Shown: positions 46,992 through 56,868 of the stretch, one piece after another | How the letters are laid out: the number at the start of each line of letters is the position of its first letter | Position numbering within the stretch: position 1 is the stretch's first letter | DNA from: Burkholderiales bacterium | GTDB lineage: Bacteria; Pseudomonadota; Gammaproteobacteria; Burkholderiales; SG8-39 | Assembly: GCA_033582675.1 (NCBI GenBank) | Contig: JAVQZY010000025.1 | Location: 18,850 to 82,849 of the forward strand | Direction of reading: 5' to 3' | DNA: 64,000 bases | Position numbers and translations under genes: made by a program | The notes under the pieces: generated by a model | What the model was told of the DNA's origin: nothing | Database searches by the model: none | Seen by the model: the letters and a program-made list of their open reading frames with translations, nothing else

Positions 46992-48563
46992 ATGGCTCTG
47001 CGATCGCTTCGTCGTGCCGCCAGCGCGTGCGCTGCGGCGCTCGTGTTCGCTGGACCGGCGCTCGCGCAGAAGACGCTCGTCGTGGTCCCGCACTCCAACC
47101 TCGCGATCCTCGATCCGATCTGGACCACCGCGTACATGAGCCGCAACCACGGCTACATGATCTACGACACGCTGTTCGCGACCGACGAGCAGCAGCGCAT
47201 CCAGCCCCAGATGGTCGAGAGCTGGAAGGTCTCTCCCGACCAGAAGGTCTGGGAGTTTCGCCTGCGTCCGGGGCTCGAGTTCCACGACGGCGCGCCGGTG
47301 ACCGGCGAGGACGTGGTGGCATCCCTTGCCCGCTGGGGCAAGCGCGACGCGATGGGCGGGGCGCTCATGAACTTCGTCGAGAAAATGGAGGCGACCGGCC
47401 GCGACAGCTTCCGCATCACGCTGCGCCAGCCGGTCGGCTTCGTGCTCGAAGCGCTCGGCAAGCCCTCGTCGAACGTGCCCTTCATCATGCCGAAGCGCAT
47501 CGCCGAGACCCCGCCCGACAAGCAGATCACCGAGTACGTCGGCTCGGGCCCGTTCATCTTCGTGCGCGAGGAGTTCAAGCCCGGCGACAAGGCGGTGTAC
47601 GTGAAGAACCCGAAATACGTGCCGCGCAAGGAGCCGCCTTCCTGGACCGCGGGCGGCAAGCACGTTTACGTCGACCGCGTCGTCTGGAACCTCGCGCTGC
47701 GCGATTACCAGGCGCAGGTGAACGCGCTCGTCAAGGGCGAGATCGACATCCTGGAACTCGTGCCCTTCGAGCACTACGAGTCGCTGCGCAAGGAAAAATC
47801 GGTGCAGGTCTTCACGCCGCGAATCGGCATGCAGTACATGTGCCGCTTCAACCACCTGCACGCGCCGTTCGACAAGGCCGAGGTCCGGCGCGCGGCGCTC
47901 GCCGCGTTCGCGCAGGAGCCGTTCCTGCGCGCGCAGGTCGGGGTAAAAGAGCTCTATCGGACCTGTCCGTCGATGTTCGCCTGCGGCACGCCCTACGCGA
48001 CCGACTTCGGCAGCGACATCCAGTCGAAATCGAACATGCGCATCGCGCAGGATCTGCTCAAGAAATCCGGCTACGACGGAACGCCGGTCGTGATCCTGAA
48101 ACCGACCGACGTCGCCTCGATCGACAAGCTGCCCGAGGTCGCCGCGCAGCTCCTTCGCCAGGCCGGCTTCAAGGTGGACTTGCAGGCAATGGACTGGCAG
48201 ACGCTCGTCGCGCGCCGCGCGCGCAAAGATCCGCCGAAGGACGGCGGCTGGAACATGTTCTGCACCGCCTGGGCGATTCCGGACATCTGGAACCCGATCA
48301 ACAACCAGGCGCTTCCGGCGCGCGGCGCCGAGACGCCCTGGTTCGGCTGGCCGACCGACCCGAAGCTCGAAGACCTGCGGCGCCAGTTCATGATCGAGCC
48401 GGACGAGGCGAAGCGCAAGGAGCTCGCGAAGCAGATCCAGGCGCAGGCGTTCCAGACCGCGACGCACGCGCCCTTGGGCGAATACCACTCGCCTTACGGC
48501 GCGCGCGCAAACGTCAAGGGGCTGCTCGACGGCTTTATCTATTGGAACGTCCGCAAGGACTGA
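46992..48563 (+). CDS. Peptide/nickel ABC transporter substrate-binding protein (family 5)
   Basis: Signal peptide, LDPIWTT, IYDTLF, LRPGLEFHDG, GSGPF. Confidence 0.9.
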   Translation: MALRSLRRAASACAAALVFAGPALAQKTLVVVPHSNLAILDPIWTTAYMSRNHGYMIYDTLFATDEQQRIQPQMVESWKVSPDQKVWEFRLRPGLEFHDGAPVTGEDVVASLARWGKRDAMGGALMNFVEKMEATGRDSFRITLRQPVGFVLEALGKPSSNVPFIMPKRIAETPPDKQITEYVGSGPFIFVREEFKPGDKAVYVKNPKYVPRKEPPSWTAGGKHVYVDRVVWNLALRDYQAQVNALVKGEIDILELVPFEHYESLRKEKSVQVFTPRIGMQYMCRFNHLHAPFDKAEVRRAALAAFAQEPFLRAQVGVKELYRTCPSMFACGTPYATDFGSDIQSKSNMRIAQDLLKKSGYDGTPVVILKPTDVASIDKLPEVAAQLLRQAGFKVDLQAMDWQTLVARRARKDPPKDGGWNMFCTAWAIPDIWNPINNQALPARGAETPWFGWPTDPKLEDLRRQFMIEPDEAKRKELAKQIQAQAFQTATHAPLGEYHSPYGARANVKGLLDGFIYWNVRKD

Positions 48564-48583
48564 GCGCGGCGGCGCTGAGCGGC

Positions 48584-48600
48584 GCACCGCGCCGCGGTGC
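48584..48600 (+). other. Intercistronic hairpin after the binding-protein gene
   Basis: GCACCGC-gcc-GCGGTGC. Possible mRNA-stabilising stem. Confidence 0.3.
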
Positions 48601-48614
48601 CTTCGCCTAGCCCT

Positions 48615-49556
48615 ATGATCGCCTACGTCGCGCGCCGCCTGCTCGCGACCGTGCCGGTGGTCGCGGTGGTGGCGGTGTTCGTGTTTCTGCTGCTGCGGCT
48701 CACGCCCGGCGACCCGGCGGCGATCCTTGCGGGCGAGGCCGCGAGCGCGGAGCAGATCGCCGCGATCCGCCGGCATCTGGGGCTCGAGGAGCCGCTTCCC
48801 GTGCAGTTCGGCATCTGGCTTTCGCATCTTGCGCGCGGCGACCTCGGCGAGTCGTACTACTTCAAGATGAAGGTGACGGCGCTGATCGGCCATCGCCTGG
48901 AACCGACCTTTGCGCTTGCCGCGCTCACGATCCTGCTCGCGGTGCTCGTCGCCGTGCCGCTCGGCGTGCTCGCCGCCTGGCGGTTCGGCGGCTGGCTCGA
49001 TCGCGGGCTGATGGCGTTTTCGGTGCTCGGCTTCTCGCTGCCGGTGTTCGTGCTCGCCTACCTGCTCATCTGGCTCTTCTCGCTCAAGCTCGGCTGGCTG
49101 CCGGTGCAGGGCTACCGGCGCCTCGCCGAGGGATTCTGGCCGTTTCTCAAGCACCTGCTGCTGCCCGCGCTGACCCTTTCGGTGATCTACGTGGCGCTCA
49201 TCGCGCGCGTGACGCGCGCGGCGGTGCTGGAGGCGCTCGGCGAGGACTACATCCGCACCGCGCGCGCGAAGGGCCTCGGCGAGCTGCGCGTCGTCGTGCG
49301 CCATGCGCTCGCGAACGCCGCGGTACCGATCGTCACCGTGATCGGCATCGGCATCGCCCTGCTGATCGGCGGCGTCGTCGTGACCGAGTCGGTGTACGCG
49401 ATTCCGGGCCTCGGGCGGCTCACGGTCGATGCGGTGCTCGCGCGCGACTTTCCGACGATCCAGGGCGTGATCCTGTTCTTTTCGCTGGTGTACGTGCTGG
49501 TGAACCTTCTCGTCGACCTCTCGTACGTGTTCTTCGATCCGCGGATCCGCTACTAG
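48615..49556 (+). CDS. Peptide ABC transporter permease (DppB-like)
   Basis: PGDPA, GDLGES, EDYIRTARAKGL, RDFPTIQG. Confidence 0.92.
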   Translation: MIAYVARRLLATVPVVAVVAVFVFLLLRLTPGDPAAILAGEAASAEQIAAIRRHLGLEEPLPVQFGIWLSHLARGDLGESYYFKMKVTALIGHRLEPTFALAALTILLAVLVAVPLGVLAAWRFGGWLDRGLMAFSVLGFSLPVFVLAYLLIWLFSLKLGWLPVQGYRRLAEGFWPFLKHLLLPALTLSVIYVALIARVTRAAVLEALGEDYIRTARAKGLGELRVVVRHALANAAVPIVTVIGIGIALLIGGVVVTESVYAIPGLGRLTVDAVLARDFPTIQGVILFFSLVYVLVNLLVDLSYVFFDPRIRY

Positions 49557-49561
49557 CCCCG

Positions 49562-50499
49562 ATGGCCGCGCCCGGTCTGCCCTCTGGCGAAGCGCTCTCG
49601 GTCGAGGCGGCCGCGGTGCGCCCGATCGAGACCGGCTGGCAACGCGCGGCGCGCAGCCCCTCGGTGCGCGTGGCCGGCGCGGTGCTCGGCCTGCTCGTCC
49701 TCGTCGCGCTCGCGGCGCCCTGGCTCGGCACGGTGGACCCGACGCTCTTTGACGCCGCGAGCCGCGACCTTCTGCCCGGAGCGAAGGGCACCATCGTCAC
49801 GCTCGACGGCGAGACGCGCGAGCACCGGTTCCTCTTCGGCTCCGACTCCTACGGCCGCGACATCTACAGCCGCGTCCTCTACGGTACGCGCGTCTCGCTC
49901 GTCGTCGGCGCGCTGACGGCGCTCCTTGCGCTCGCCTTCGGCATCCTCGCGGGGCTCGCAGCCGGGTACCTGCGCTCGCTCGACGGGCCGTTGATGCGCG
50001 TCATGGACGGCATCATGGCGATCCCGGCGATCCTGATCGCGATCGCGCTGGTGGCGATGTGGCGCGCGAGCCTTCTCACCGTGATCGTCGCGATCGCGAT
50101 TCCCGAGATCCCGCGCGTGACGCGCCTCGTGCGCGCGCTCGTGCTCTCGATCCGGGAGGAGCCTTACGTCGAGGCGGCGATCGCGCTCGGCACGCCGCCG
50201 GCGCGAATCATGTTCGCCCACATCCTGCCGAACACGATCGCGCCGCTCATCGTGCAGGGCACCTTCATCTGCGCCTCGGCGATCCTCGTCGAGGCGATCC
50301 TGTCCTTTCTCGGCGTCGGCTTGCCGCCCGACATCCCACCTGGGGCAACATCATGGCCGAGGGGCGGGTGCAGTTCACCAAGCATCCGCACAACGTGTTC
50401 ATCCCCGGCGCGTTCCTGACGGTCACCGTGCTCGCGGTCAACATGCTCGGCGACGGCCTGCGCGACACGCTCGACCCGAAGATGGCGCGGCGCGTATGA
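49562..50499 (+). CDS. Peptide ABC transporter permease (DppC-like; indel near 50338)
   Basis: FGSDSYGRD, YVEAAIALG, LSFLGVG, TWGNIM, GDGLRDTLDP. Confidence 0.9.
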
Positions 50500-52127
50500 G
50501 CGGGGCGGGCCCCGTCTCGCCGCCCGCGGTGCTCGAGGTGCGCGACCTCACGGTGGCGCTCCCGGCCGGCGCCGACCGGCCGCACGCGGTCGCGCGCGTG
50601 TCGTTTTCGGTCGCGCGCGGCGAGATCCTGTGCCTCGTCGGCGAATCCGGGTCCGGCAAGTCGGTGATCGCGCAGGCGATCATGGGGCTGCTGCCGCGCG
50701 GGCTGCGCGTCGTCGCCGGCGAGGCGCGGCTCGAGGGCGAGGATACGCTGCGCGCCTCGCCCGAGCGGCTGCGCGCGCTGCGCGGCGCGCGCATGAGCAT
50801 GGTGTTCCAGGAGCCGATGACCGCGCTCAACCCGGTCATGACCTGCGGCGCGCAGCTGGAGGAGCTGCTGCGCGCGCACACGGCGCTGCGCCCCGCCGAG
50901 CGCCGGCGGCGCCTGCTCGACATCCTGCGCGAGGTGGCGCTGCCCGACGCGGAGCGCATCCTCGCCGCCTACCCGCACCAGCTCTCGGGCGGTCAGCGCC
51001 AGCGGATCATGATCGCGATGGCGCTCGCGCTCGAGCCGGCGCTGCTCATCGCCGACGAGCCCACCACGGCGCTCGATGTCACCACCCAGGCGCAGATCCT
51101 GCGACTCATTCAGGAGCTCCAGGCGCGCCACGGCACCGGCGTCCTCTTCATCACGCACGACTTCGGCGTCGTCGCCGAGATCGCGCACCGGGTCGCGGTG
51201 CTGCGCCTCGGCGAGCTGGTCGAGCTGGGCTCGAAGGCCGAGGTGCTGCAGCGCCCGCGCCACGACTACACGAAGATGCTGATCGCGTCGGTGCCGACGC
51301 TTGAGCCGCACGGGCGGCGACCCGATCCCGCGGCGCCGGTGGTGCTCGAGACCCGGGGGCTCAGCAAGATCTATCGCAGCGGCGGCTGGTTCGCAAGGCG
51401 CGAGGTGCGCGCCGCCGAGGACGTCACGCTCACCGTGCGCCGCGGCCAGACGCTCGGAATCGTCGGCGAATCCGGATCGGGCAAGTCGACGGTCGCGCGC
51501 TGCATCGTGCGCCTGATCGACCCCAGCGGCGGCGAGATCCGCGTGCACGGCGAGGAGATCGCTCGCGCGAGCCACCGGGCCCTTCGGCCGCTGCGGCGCC
51601 GGGTGCAGATCGTGTTCCAAGACCCCTACCGCTCGCTCAATCCCCGCCGTACCGTCGGCGAGGCGATCATCGAGGGGCCGCTCAATTACGGCGTGCCGCG
51701 CGCCGAGGCGCTCGAGCGCGCCCGACGCCTGATGGAGCTCGTGCGCATGGACCCGGCCGCGCTCGATCGCTATCCGCACCAGTTCTCCGGCGGTCAGCGC
51801 CAGCGCATCTCGATCGCGCGTGCGCTCGCGATGGAACCGGAGCTGCTCGTGGCCGACGAGCCGGTCTCGGCGCTCGACGTCTCGGTGCAGGCGCAGGTGC
51901 TCGCGCTGCTGGAAGAGATCCGCACCCGGCTCGATCTGGCGATGCTCTTCATCACCCACGACCTGCGGGTCGCGGCGCAGGTGTGCGACGACGTCGCGGT
52001 GATGTCGCAGGGGCGCGTGGTCGAGGTCGGCCCGGTCGAGGAGGTGTTCCGGCGCCCGCGCCACCCCTACACGCGCGCGCTGCTGGAGGCGGCGCCCGGA
52101 CGCGATTTTCGCTTCGCGAGCGCGTAA
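50496..52127 (+). CDS. Peptide ABC transporter ATPase with two ATPase domains (DppD/F fusion)
   Basis: Two GESGSGKS Walker A motifs and two SGGQRQR signatures. Confidence 0.93.
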   Translation: MSGAGPVSPPAVLEVRDLTVALPAGADRPHAVARVSFSVARGEILCLVGESGSGKSVIAQAIMGLLPRGLRVVAGEARLEGEDTLRASPERLRALRGARMSMVFQEPMTALNPVMTCGAQLEELLRAHTALRPAERRRRLLDILREVALPDAERILAAYPHQLSGGQRQRIMIAMALALEPALLIADEPTTALDVTTQAQILRLIQELQARHGTGVLFITHDFGVVAEIAHRVAVLRLGELVELGSKAEVLQRPRHDYTKMLIASVPTLEPHGRRPDPAAPVVLETRGLSKIYRSGGWFARREVRAAEDVTLTVRRGQTLGIVGESGSGKSTVARCIVRLIDPSGGEIRVHGEEIARASHRALRPLRRRVQIVFQDPYRSLNPRRTVGEAIIEGPLNYGVPRAEALERARRLMELVRMDPAALDRYPHQFSGGQRQRISIARALAMEPELLVADEPVSALDVSVQAQVLALLEEIRTRLDLAMLFITHDLRVAAQVCDDVAVMSQGRVVEVGPVEEVFRRPRHPYTRALLEAAPGRDFRFASA

Positions 52128-52137
52128 ACTCGGCCGC

Positions 52138-52926
52138 ATGGATGCGCTGGATGCCGAGCTGATCCGCGCGCTTGCGCGCGTCGACGGGCTCGAAGTGCGC
52201 GTGGTGCACCGCTGCGATTCCACCAACACGCGGCTGCTCGCCGAACCCGGCCCCGGGCCGCTGCTCCTCGCGGCCGAAATCCAGACCGCCGGCCGCGGCC
52301 GGCGCGGCCGGCGCTGGCGCTCGGCACCGGGCGCCGGCGCGACTTTTTCGCTCCTTCGCCACCTGCGCCGGCCGCCGGCGGCGCTCGGAGGCCTTTCGCT
52401 TGCGATCGGGGTCGCCGCGGCGCGGGCGCTCCGTTCGCTCGGGGCGGCGCAGGTCGGGCTCAAGTGGCCGAACGATCTCGTCGCAACCGGCCGCCACGGC
52501 GGCGCGAAGCTCGGCGGAATCCTCGTCGAATCGCGTCCCGCGGGCGAGGCGACCGCCGTCGTCGTCGGCATCGGCCTCAATTGCGCGAGCGACGCGACGC
52601 TCGCGCGCCGGCTGCGCCGGCCGGTCGCGGCGCTCGATGCGCTCCTCGCCCCGCTGCCGTCGCGCAACGCGGTGATCGCCGCGCTCGCGCGCGAAGCGCT
52701 CGCCGCGCTCGACGCCTTCGAGCGCACGGGGCTCGCGCCGTTCGTCGCCGAATGGCGCGCGCTCGACGCCTACGAGGGCGCGCGGCTGCGCGTGCGCCTT
52801 CCCGGCGGACGTACCGTGACCGGCATCGCGCGCGGCATCGCGGCAAGCGGCGCGCTCGTGCTCGCGACCGCGCGCGGCGAGCGTCACGTCGTCTCGGCCA
52901 GCCTGCGCGAGGTGCGCGCGCCGTGA
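52138..52926 (+). CDS. birA: Biotin-protein ligase without N-terminal HTH
   Basis: DSTN, QTAGRGRRGRRW, KWPNDL, KLGGILVE. Confidence 0.92.
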   Translation: MDALDAELIRALARVDGLEVRVVHRCDSTNTRLLAEPGPGPLLLAAEIQTAGRGRRGRRWRSAPGAGATFSLLRHLRRPPAALGGLSLAIGVAAARALRSLGAAQVGLKWPNDLVATGRHGGAKLGGILVESRPAGEATAVVVGIGLNCASDATLARRLRRPVAALDALLAPLPSRNAVIAALAREALAALDAFERTGLAPFVAEWRALDAYEGARLRVRLPGGRTVTGIARGIAASGALVLATARGERHVVSASLREVRAP

Positions 52927-53678
52927 TACTCGCGATCGACGCAGGCAATTCGCGGGTCAAGTGGGGCTGGTACGAGCCGGGGCCCGCACGGCACGGTTGG
53001 GCGTCGATCGCGACCGTGTCGCTGATCGAGTTCGCCGCCGCGGCGCACCACGTGAACCCCTTCTCGGTCACGCACGAGAACCCCGACCGCATCGTGATCT
53101 CGAACGTCGCGGGGGAAGGTGCGCGCCAACTGATCGTCAACTGGATCGGGATTTTCGACGCCGAACCCGAGTGGGTGCGCGGCGAGCGCGAGCGCTGCGG
53201 CGTGCGCAACCTCTACGATACGCCCGAGCAGCTCGGCCCGGACCGCTGGGCGGCGCTGATCGCTGCGCGCGCGCTCGTGCCCGGGCGCGCGTGTCTGGTG
53301 GTGAACGCGGGCACCGCGACCACGATCGACGCGCTTTCCCCGGAGGGCGAGTTTCTCGGCGGGCTGATCCTGCCGGGCGTCGACCTGATGCGCTACGTGC
53401 TGCACGAGCACACCGGGCGGCTGCCGCTGCAGGAGGGCAACTTCGTCACGACGCCGCGCAACACGGTGGATGCGATCGAGACCGGGTGCCGGCACGCGCA
53501 GGCGGGCGCCGTCGAACGCATGTTCCGGCTGATGCCGCCGGGCAGCCTGTGCATCGTCTCGGGCGGCGGCGGACCGGCGCTCATCGAGCGCCTGCAGATC
53601 CCGTGCCGTTACGTCGAGAACCTGGTGCTCGAGGGGCTCGCGCGGATCGCGCTCGCCGGGGAGCGGCGGCCGGCGTGA
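52923..53678 (+). CDS. coaX: Type III pantothenate kinase
   Basis: IDAGNSRVKW, LGPDRW, GTATTID, GGLILPG, LVLEGL. Confidence 0.93.
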   Translation: MILAIDAGNSRVKWGWYEPGPARHGWASIATVSLIEFAAAAHHVNPFSVTHENPDRIVISNVAGEGARQLIVNWIGIFDAEPEWVRGERERCGVRNLYDTPEQLGPDRWAALIAARALVPGRACLVVNAGTATTIDALSPEGEFLGGLILPGVDLMRYVLHEHTGRLPLQEGNFVTTPRNTVDAIETGCRHAQAGAVERMFRLMPPGSLCIVSGGGGPALIERLQIPCRYVENLVLEGLARIALAGERRPA

Positions 53679-54334
53679 GGGCGCTGTTCCTATTTTTGAT
53701 CGCCGCCAATCTCGCGTTCTTCGCCTGGACCGCGTATTTCGCGCCGCCCGACGCCGGGCGCGATCCGCAGCCGCTCGCCCGCCAGATCGCGCCCGAGCGG
53801 TTGCCGATCCTGCCGGCCGAGACCGCGGCGCAGCCCGGCGCGCCGGCTCACGCGCTCGGGCCGCCGGCTCGCGCGTGCCTCGAATGGGGGGCGTTCGCCC
53901 CGGCGGAGGCGGTGCGCGCGCGCGAAGCGCTCGCCGCGCTTGCGCTCGGCGAACGGCTTGCCGAACGCCGCAGCGAGGAGACGGCGCACTGGTGGGTGTT
54001 CATCCCGCCGCAGGGCAACCGTCAGGCGGCGCAAAAAAAGGCCGCCGAGCTGAAGGCGCTCGGTATCGACGACTACTTCATCGTGCAGGAAGAGGGGCCT
54101 GCGCGCTGGGCGCTGTCGCTCGGCGTGTTCGCGAGCGAGCGCGCGGCGCAGTCGCACCTCGAGGCGCTGCGCGCCCGCGGCCTGCGCTCGGCGCAGCTCG
54201 CGCAGCGCGAAGTCCGTGTGCCGAAGGTCTGGCTACAGGTACGGGACGCGGACGCGCGGCAGCAGGCGGCGTTGCGCGAGATCGCGCGCTTAATCGAGGG
54301 CAGCGAGGTTCGCGAGTGCCTGGCCGGCGGCTGA
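53675..54334 (+). CDS. SPOR-domain membrane-anchored protein
   Basis: N-terminal TM, CLEWGAF, WWVFIPP, LSLGVFASERAA. Usual partner of birA-coaX. Confidence 0.8.
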   Translation: MRALFLFLIAANLAFFAWTAYFAPPDAGRDPQPLARQIAPERLPILPAETAAQPGAPAHALGPPARACLEWGAFAPAEAVRAREALAALALGERLAERRSEETAHWWVFIPPQGNRQAAQKKAAELKALGIDDYFIVQEEGPARWALSLGVFASERAAQSHLEALRARGLRSAQLAQREVRVPKVWLQVRDADARQQAALREIARLIEGSEVRECLAGG

Positions 54335-54371
54335 TACCGCCGGGCGCCGGATCGGGTAACATGCGGCGCCG

Positions 54372-54758
54372 ATGCTCGCGCGCAGTGCGCTTGCGCTCGG
54401 TCTCGTTCTCCTCGCCCCGGCGGCGGCGGCGCAGGACTGCGCGCCGATTCCGGGTCTGCCGCGGCTGCTCGCGCAGTGGCACACGAACCTCGAGAAGTGG
54501 CGCGGGCGCGCCTTTCTGCTTACGCCGGGCGCACGGCTCGAAACGGACTGCGGCGAGCGCGTGCGCGTGCTCATGCAATGGAAGCAGGCGATCGAGCTGT
54601 GGCGGCGCGCCTCGGGCCTCGACGAGCCTGCGCTTTCGGTCGTCGCCGATTGCCGGCGCACGATGGAACTGCTCGCGCGCTGGCGCTACGCGATCGAACT
54701 CTGGTACGGCGGGCCGCTCGTGCCCGCGCCCGATGTGAGCACCTGCCTCAGAGCCTAA
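54372..54758 (+). CDS. Secreted hypothetical protein with three Trp/Cys repeats
   Basis: Signal peptide ending AAAAA-Q, TAACAT 9 nt upstream, three repeats DC...L-x-(Q/R)W-xxx-(L/I)E-x-W. Confidence 0.7.
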   Translation: MLARSALALGLVLLAPAAAAQDCAPIPGLPRLLAQWHTNLEKWRGRAFLLTPGARLETDCGERVRVLMQWKQAIELWRRASGLDEPALSVVADCRRTMELLARWRYAIELWYGGPLVPAPDVSTCLRA

Positions 54759-55136
54759 TCGTGGGCTCGCGCCGGGCTCGCCGAGCCGCTCGACAAGCAG
54801 CGCGCGCGATCGGTCGGCGCGCACCGGCTTCGTGAGATAGGCCGCAGCGCCGGAGTTCCTTGCTGCGCGCCTCGCCCTTCCTGCACCGAGGTAAGAAAGA
54901 TCACCGGGGCGCGGGGCAGCGCGCGGTCGGCCCGGTGTTGCGTCGAACTCGAATCCGCCCATGTGCGCCACGCCGGGGTCGCTGATCAGATCCTGCTCCG
55001 CCTGCAGCACTTCCCAGGCGGCAGCGACCGCGCTCTCGGCGACGCCGGCCTCCAAGCCCGCGCGCCCTGGATGCCGCGGCCGGCAGCTCACGGATGTGCG
55101 GGGGGCGCCGTCGACCACCGGGATGCCTGCCGCCAT
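54755..55136 (-). pseudogene. Degenerate single-domain response regulator (receiver)
   Basis: Remnants IPVVDG, DLISDPGVAHMGGFEF and GAAAYLTKPV, with indels and substituted acidic-pocket residues. Confidence 0.6.
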
Positions 55137-55163
55137 CGGTTCGCGAGCTTGCGCGTTTCCCGG

Positions 55164-55236
<73 letters not shown>

Positions 55237-55394
55237 GATCGGCGTCTCGAGGCGAGATTATACGCCCCGGGTGTGAAATCGTTCCGCCTGCGCAGCGCGC
55301 GCCGCGCCGTTCGTTCCGGATTTCCGGCCGCCGGTCGCCTCGCCTTGGCGATGCGGCGGCGGGCTGGCAACATCGTCGCAGATCGGGAGGCCTC

Positions 55395-55808
55395 ATGCAG
55401 CGTGCACGCGGTTTCAGTCTGATCGAGCTGATGATCGTGGTCGCAGTGGTCGCGATCCTCAGCGTGATCGCCGTTCCTTCGTATCTCGATTACTCGCAGC
55501 GCGGCAAGATCACCGAGGCGACCGCCACGCTCTCGGAGTTGAGGATCCGCGCCGAACGCTGGTTCGCCGACAACCGCACCTACGTCGGCGATTGGGAGGG
55601 CAACGCGACCGCCGGGGCGCGCTACTTCACCTACAGCTGCACCAAGAGCGCGACCGCGTTCACCTGCACGGCGACCGGCACCGGGGGAATGACCGGGTTC
55701 GTCTACACGATCAACGAATCGAACGTGAAGACGTCCACGTTCACCGGGCTGTCGGGCTGGAACAACTGCGCCACCCGCTGGATCACGAAGAAGGGCGAAA
55801 CGTGCTGA
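55395..55808 (+). CDS. pilE: Type IV minor pilin PilE
   Basis: SD GGAGG, prepilin site G/FSLIELMIVVAVVAIL, PSY, C-terminal Cys residues. Confidence 0.88.
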   Translation: MQRARGFSLIELMIVVAVVAILSVIAVPSYLDYSQRGKITEATATLSELRIRAERWFADNRTYVGDWEGNATAGARYFTYSCTKSATAFTCTATGTGGMTGFVYTINESNVKTSTFTGLSGWNNCATRWITKKGETC

Positions 55809-56425
55809 ATCGCGCGGCGCGCGGCATGAGCCTGATCGAGCTGATGATCGGTCTCGCGATCCTCGCCGTGCTGCTCGCGCTCGCGCTGCCGGAGTACAAC
55901 ACCTTCATCCGCAACACGAAAGTGAAGAACCTCGCGCTCAGCCTGGAAGCGGGCCTGCAGCTAGCGCGCACCGAGGCGATCCGCCGCAACGAAAACGTGC
56001 GCTTTCAGATCGTCACCGACTTGACGAGCGGCTGCACCGTCGCCGGCACCGAGGTAAGCACGCCGCACTGGGTGGTGAGCCGCGACGACCCCACCGGTCG
56101 CTGCGACGCGGAGCCTTCGGACAGCGTGCCGCCGATGATCGTGCAGAAATGGGACTTCAAGGAAAGCGATGCCGGCTCGGGTCTCGCGTGGAACCTCGCG
56201 CTCGCGGGCACCTCGAACGCGCTGGTGACGTTCAACGGCCTTGGCCGGGTGACGCCTCCGCCCGCGGGCGCGATCACGATCGAGGTGCGGCCGGTCGAGA
56301 CGAGCGGGATCGCCTGCGCGCCCGCCGGCTCGGTGCGGTGCCTGCGCGTCACCGTGAGCCCGGGCGGCCAGATCCGCACCTGCGACCCGGCGATGACGGT
56401 CGCGACCGATCCGCGCTATTGCTGA
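55802..56425 (+). CDS. fimT: FimT/FimU (GspH-like) minor pilin
   Basis: G/MSLIELMIGLAIL, LARTEAIRRN, VTFNGLGR. Confidence 0.85.
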   Translation: MLNRAARGMSLIELMIGLAILAVLLALALPEYNTFIRNTKVKNLALSLEAGLQLARTEAIRRNENVRFQIVTDLTSGCTVAGTEVSTPHWVVSRDDPTGRCDAEPSDSVPPMIVQKWDFKESDAGSGLAWNLALAGTSNALVTFNGLGRVTPPPAGAITIEVRPVETSGIACAPAGSVRCLRVTVSPGGQIRTCDPAMTVATDPRYC

Positions 56426-56429
56426 GCCC

Positions 56430-56861
56430 ATGCGGAACCCGCGGACACAATCCGGCGTGATGCTGCTCGAGGCGCTGCTCGGCATCCTCATCTTCTCGAT
56501 CGGCATCCTCGCCCTGCTCGGCATGCAGGCTGCAGCGATGCGCTACACGGTCGATGCCAAATACCGGTCCGAGGCGAGCTTTCTCGCCGACGAGATCATC
56601 GGCGTGATGTGGGGCGATCCGGCGAACCTCGCGAGCTACGAGACCGCGAACTGCCCGTCGACGCCGCGCTGCAACGAATGGCTCGCGCGGGTGCAGAGCC
56701 GCCTGCCGAACGCGAGCGGCGCGAACGCGCCGACGATCGTCGTCGACGCCGCCAACAACCGGCAGGTGACGGTGACCGTGCGCTGGCAGATCCCGGGCGA
56801 CGCGAGCGCGTCGCCGAGCAGCCACGTCGCGGTCGCGCAGATCTTCCGCGCCACCGACTGA
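56430..56861 (+). CDS. pilV: Type IV minor pilin PilV
   Basis: G/VMLLEALLGILIFSIGILAL, RLPN, VTVRW. Confidence 0.85.
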   Translation: MRNPRTQSGVMLLEALLGILIFSIGILALLGMQAAAMRYTVDAKYRSEASFLADEIIGVMWGDPANLASYETANCPSTPRCNEWLARVQSRLPNASGANAPTIVVDAANNRQVTVTVRWQIPGDASASPSSHVAVAQIFRATD

Positions 56862-56868
56862 GGCTGCC

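Noticed and set aside
55365-55380. Sigma54-like TGGCAA-N5-TCGCA upstream of pilE
   Set aside because: GG-N10-GC spacing fits, but the implied start (~55391) falls downstream of the GGAGG SD and the match is weak.
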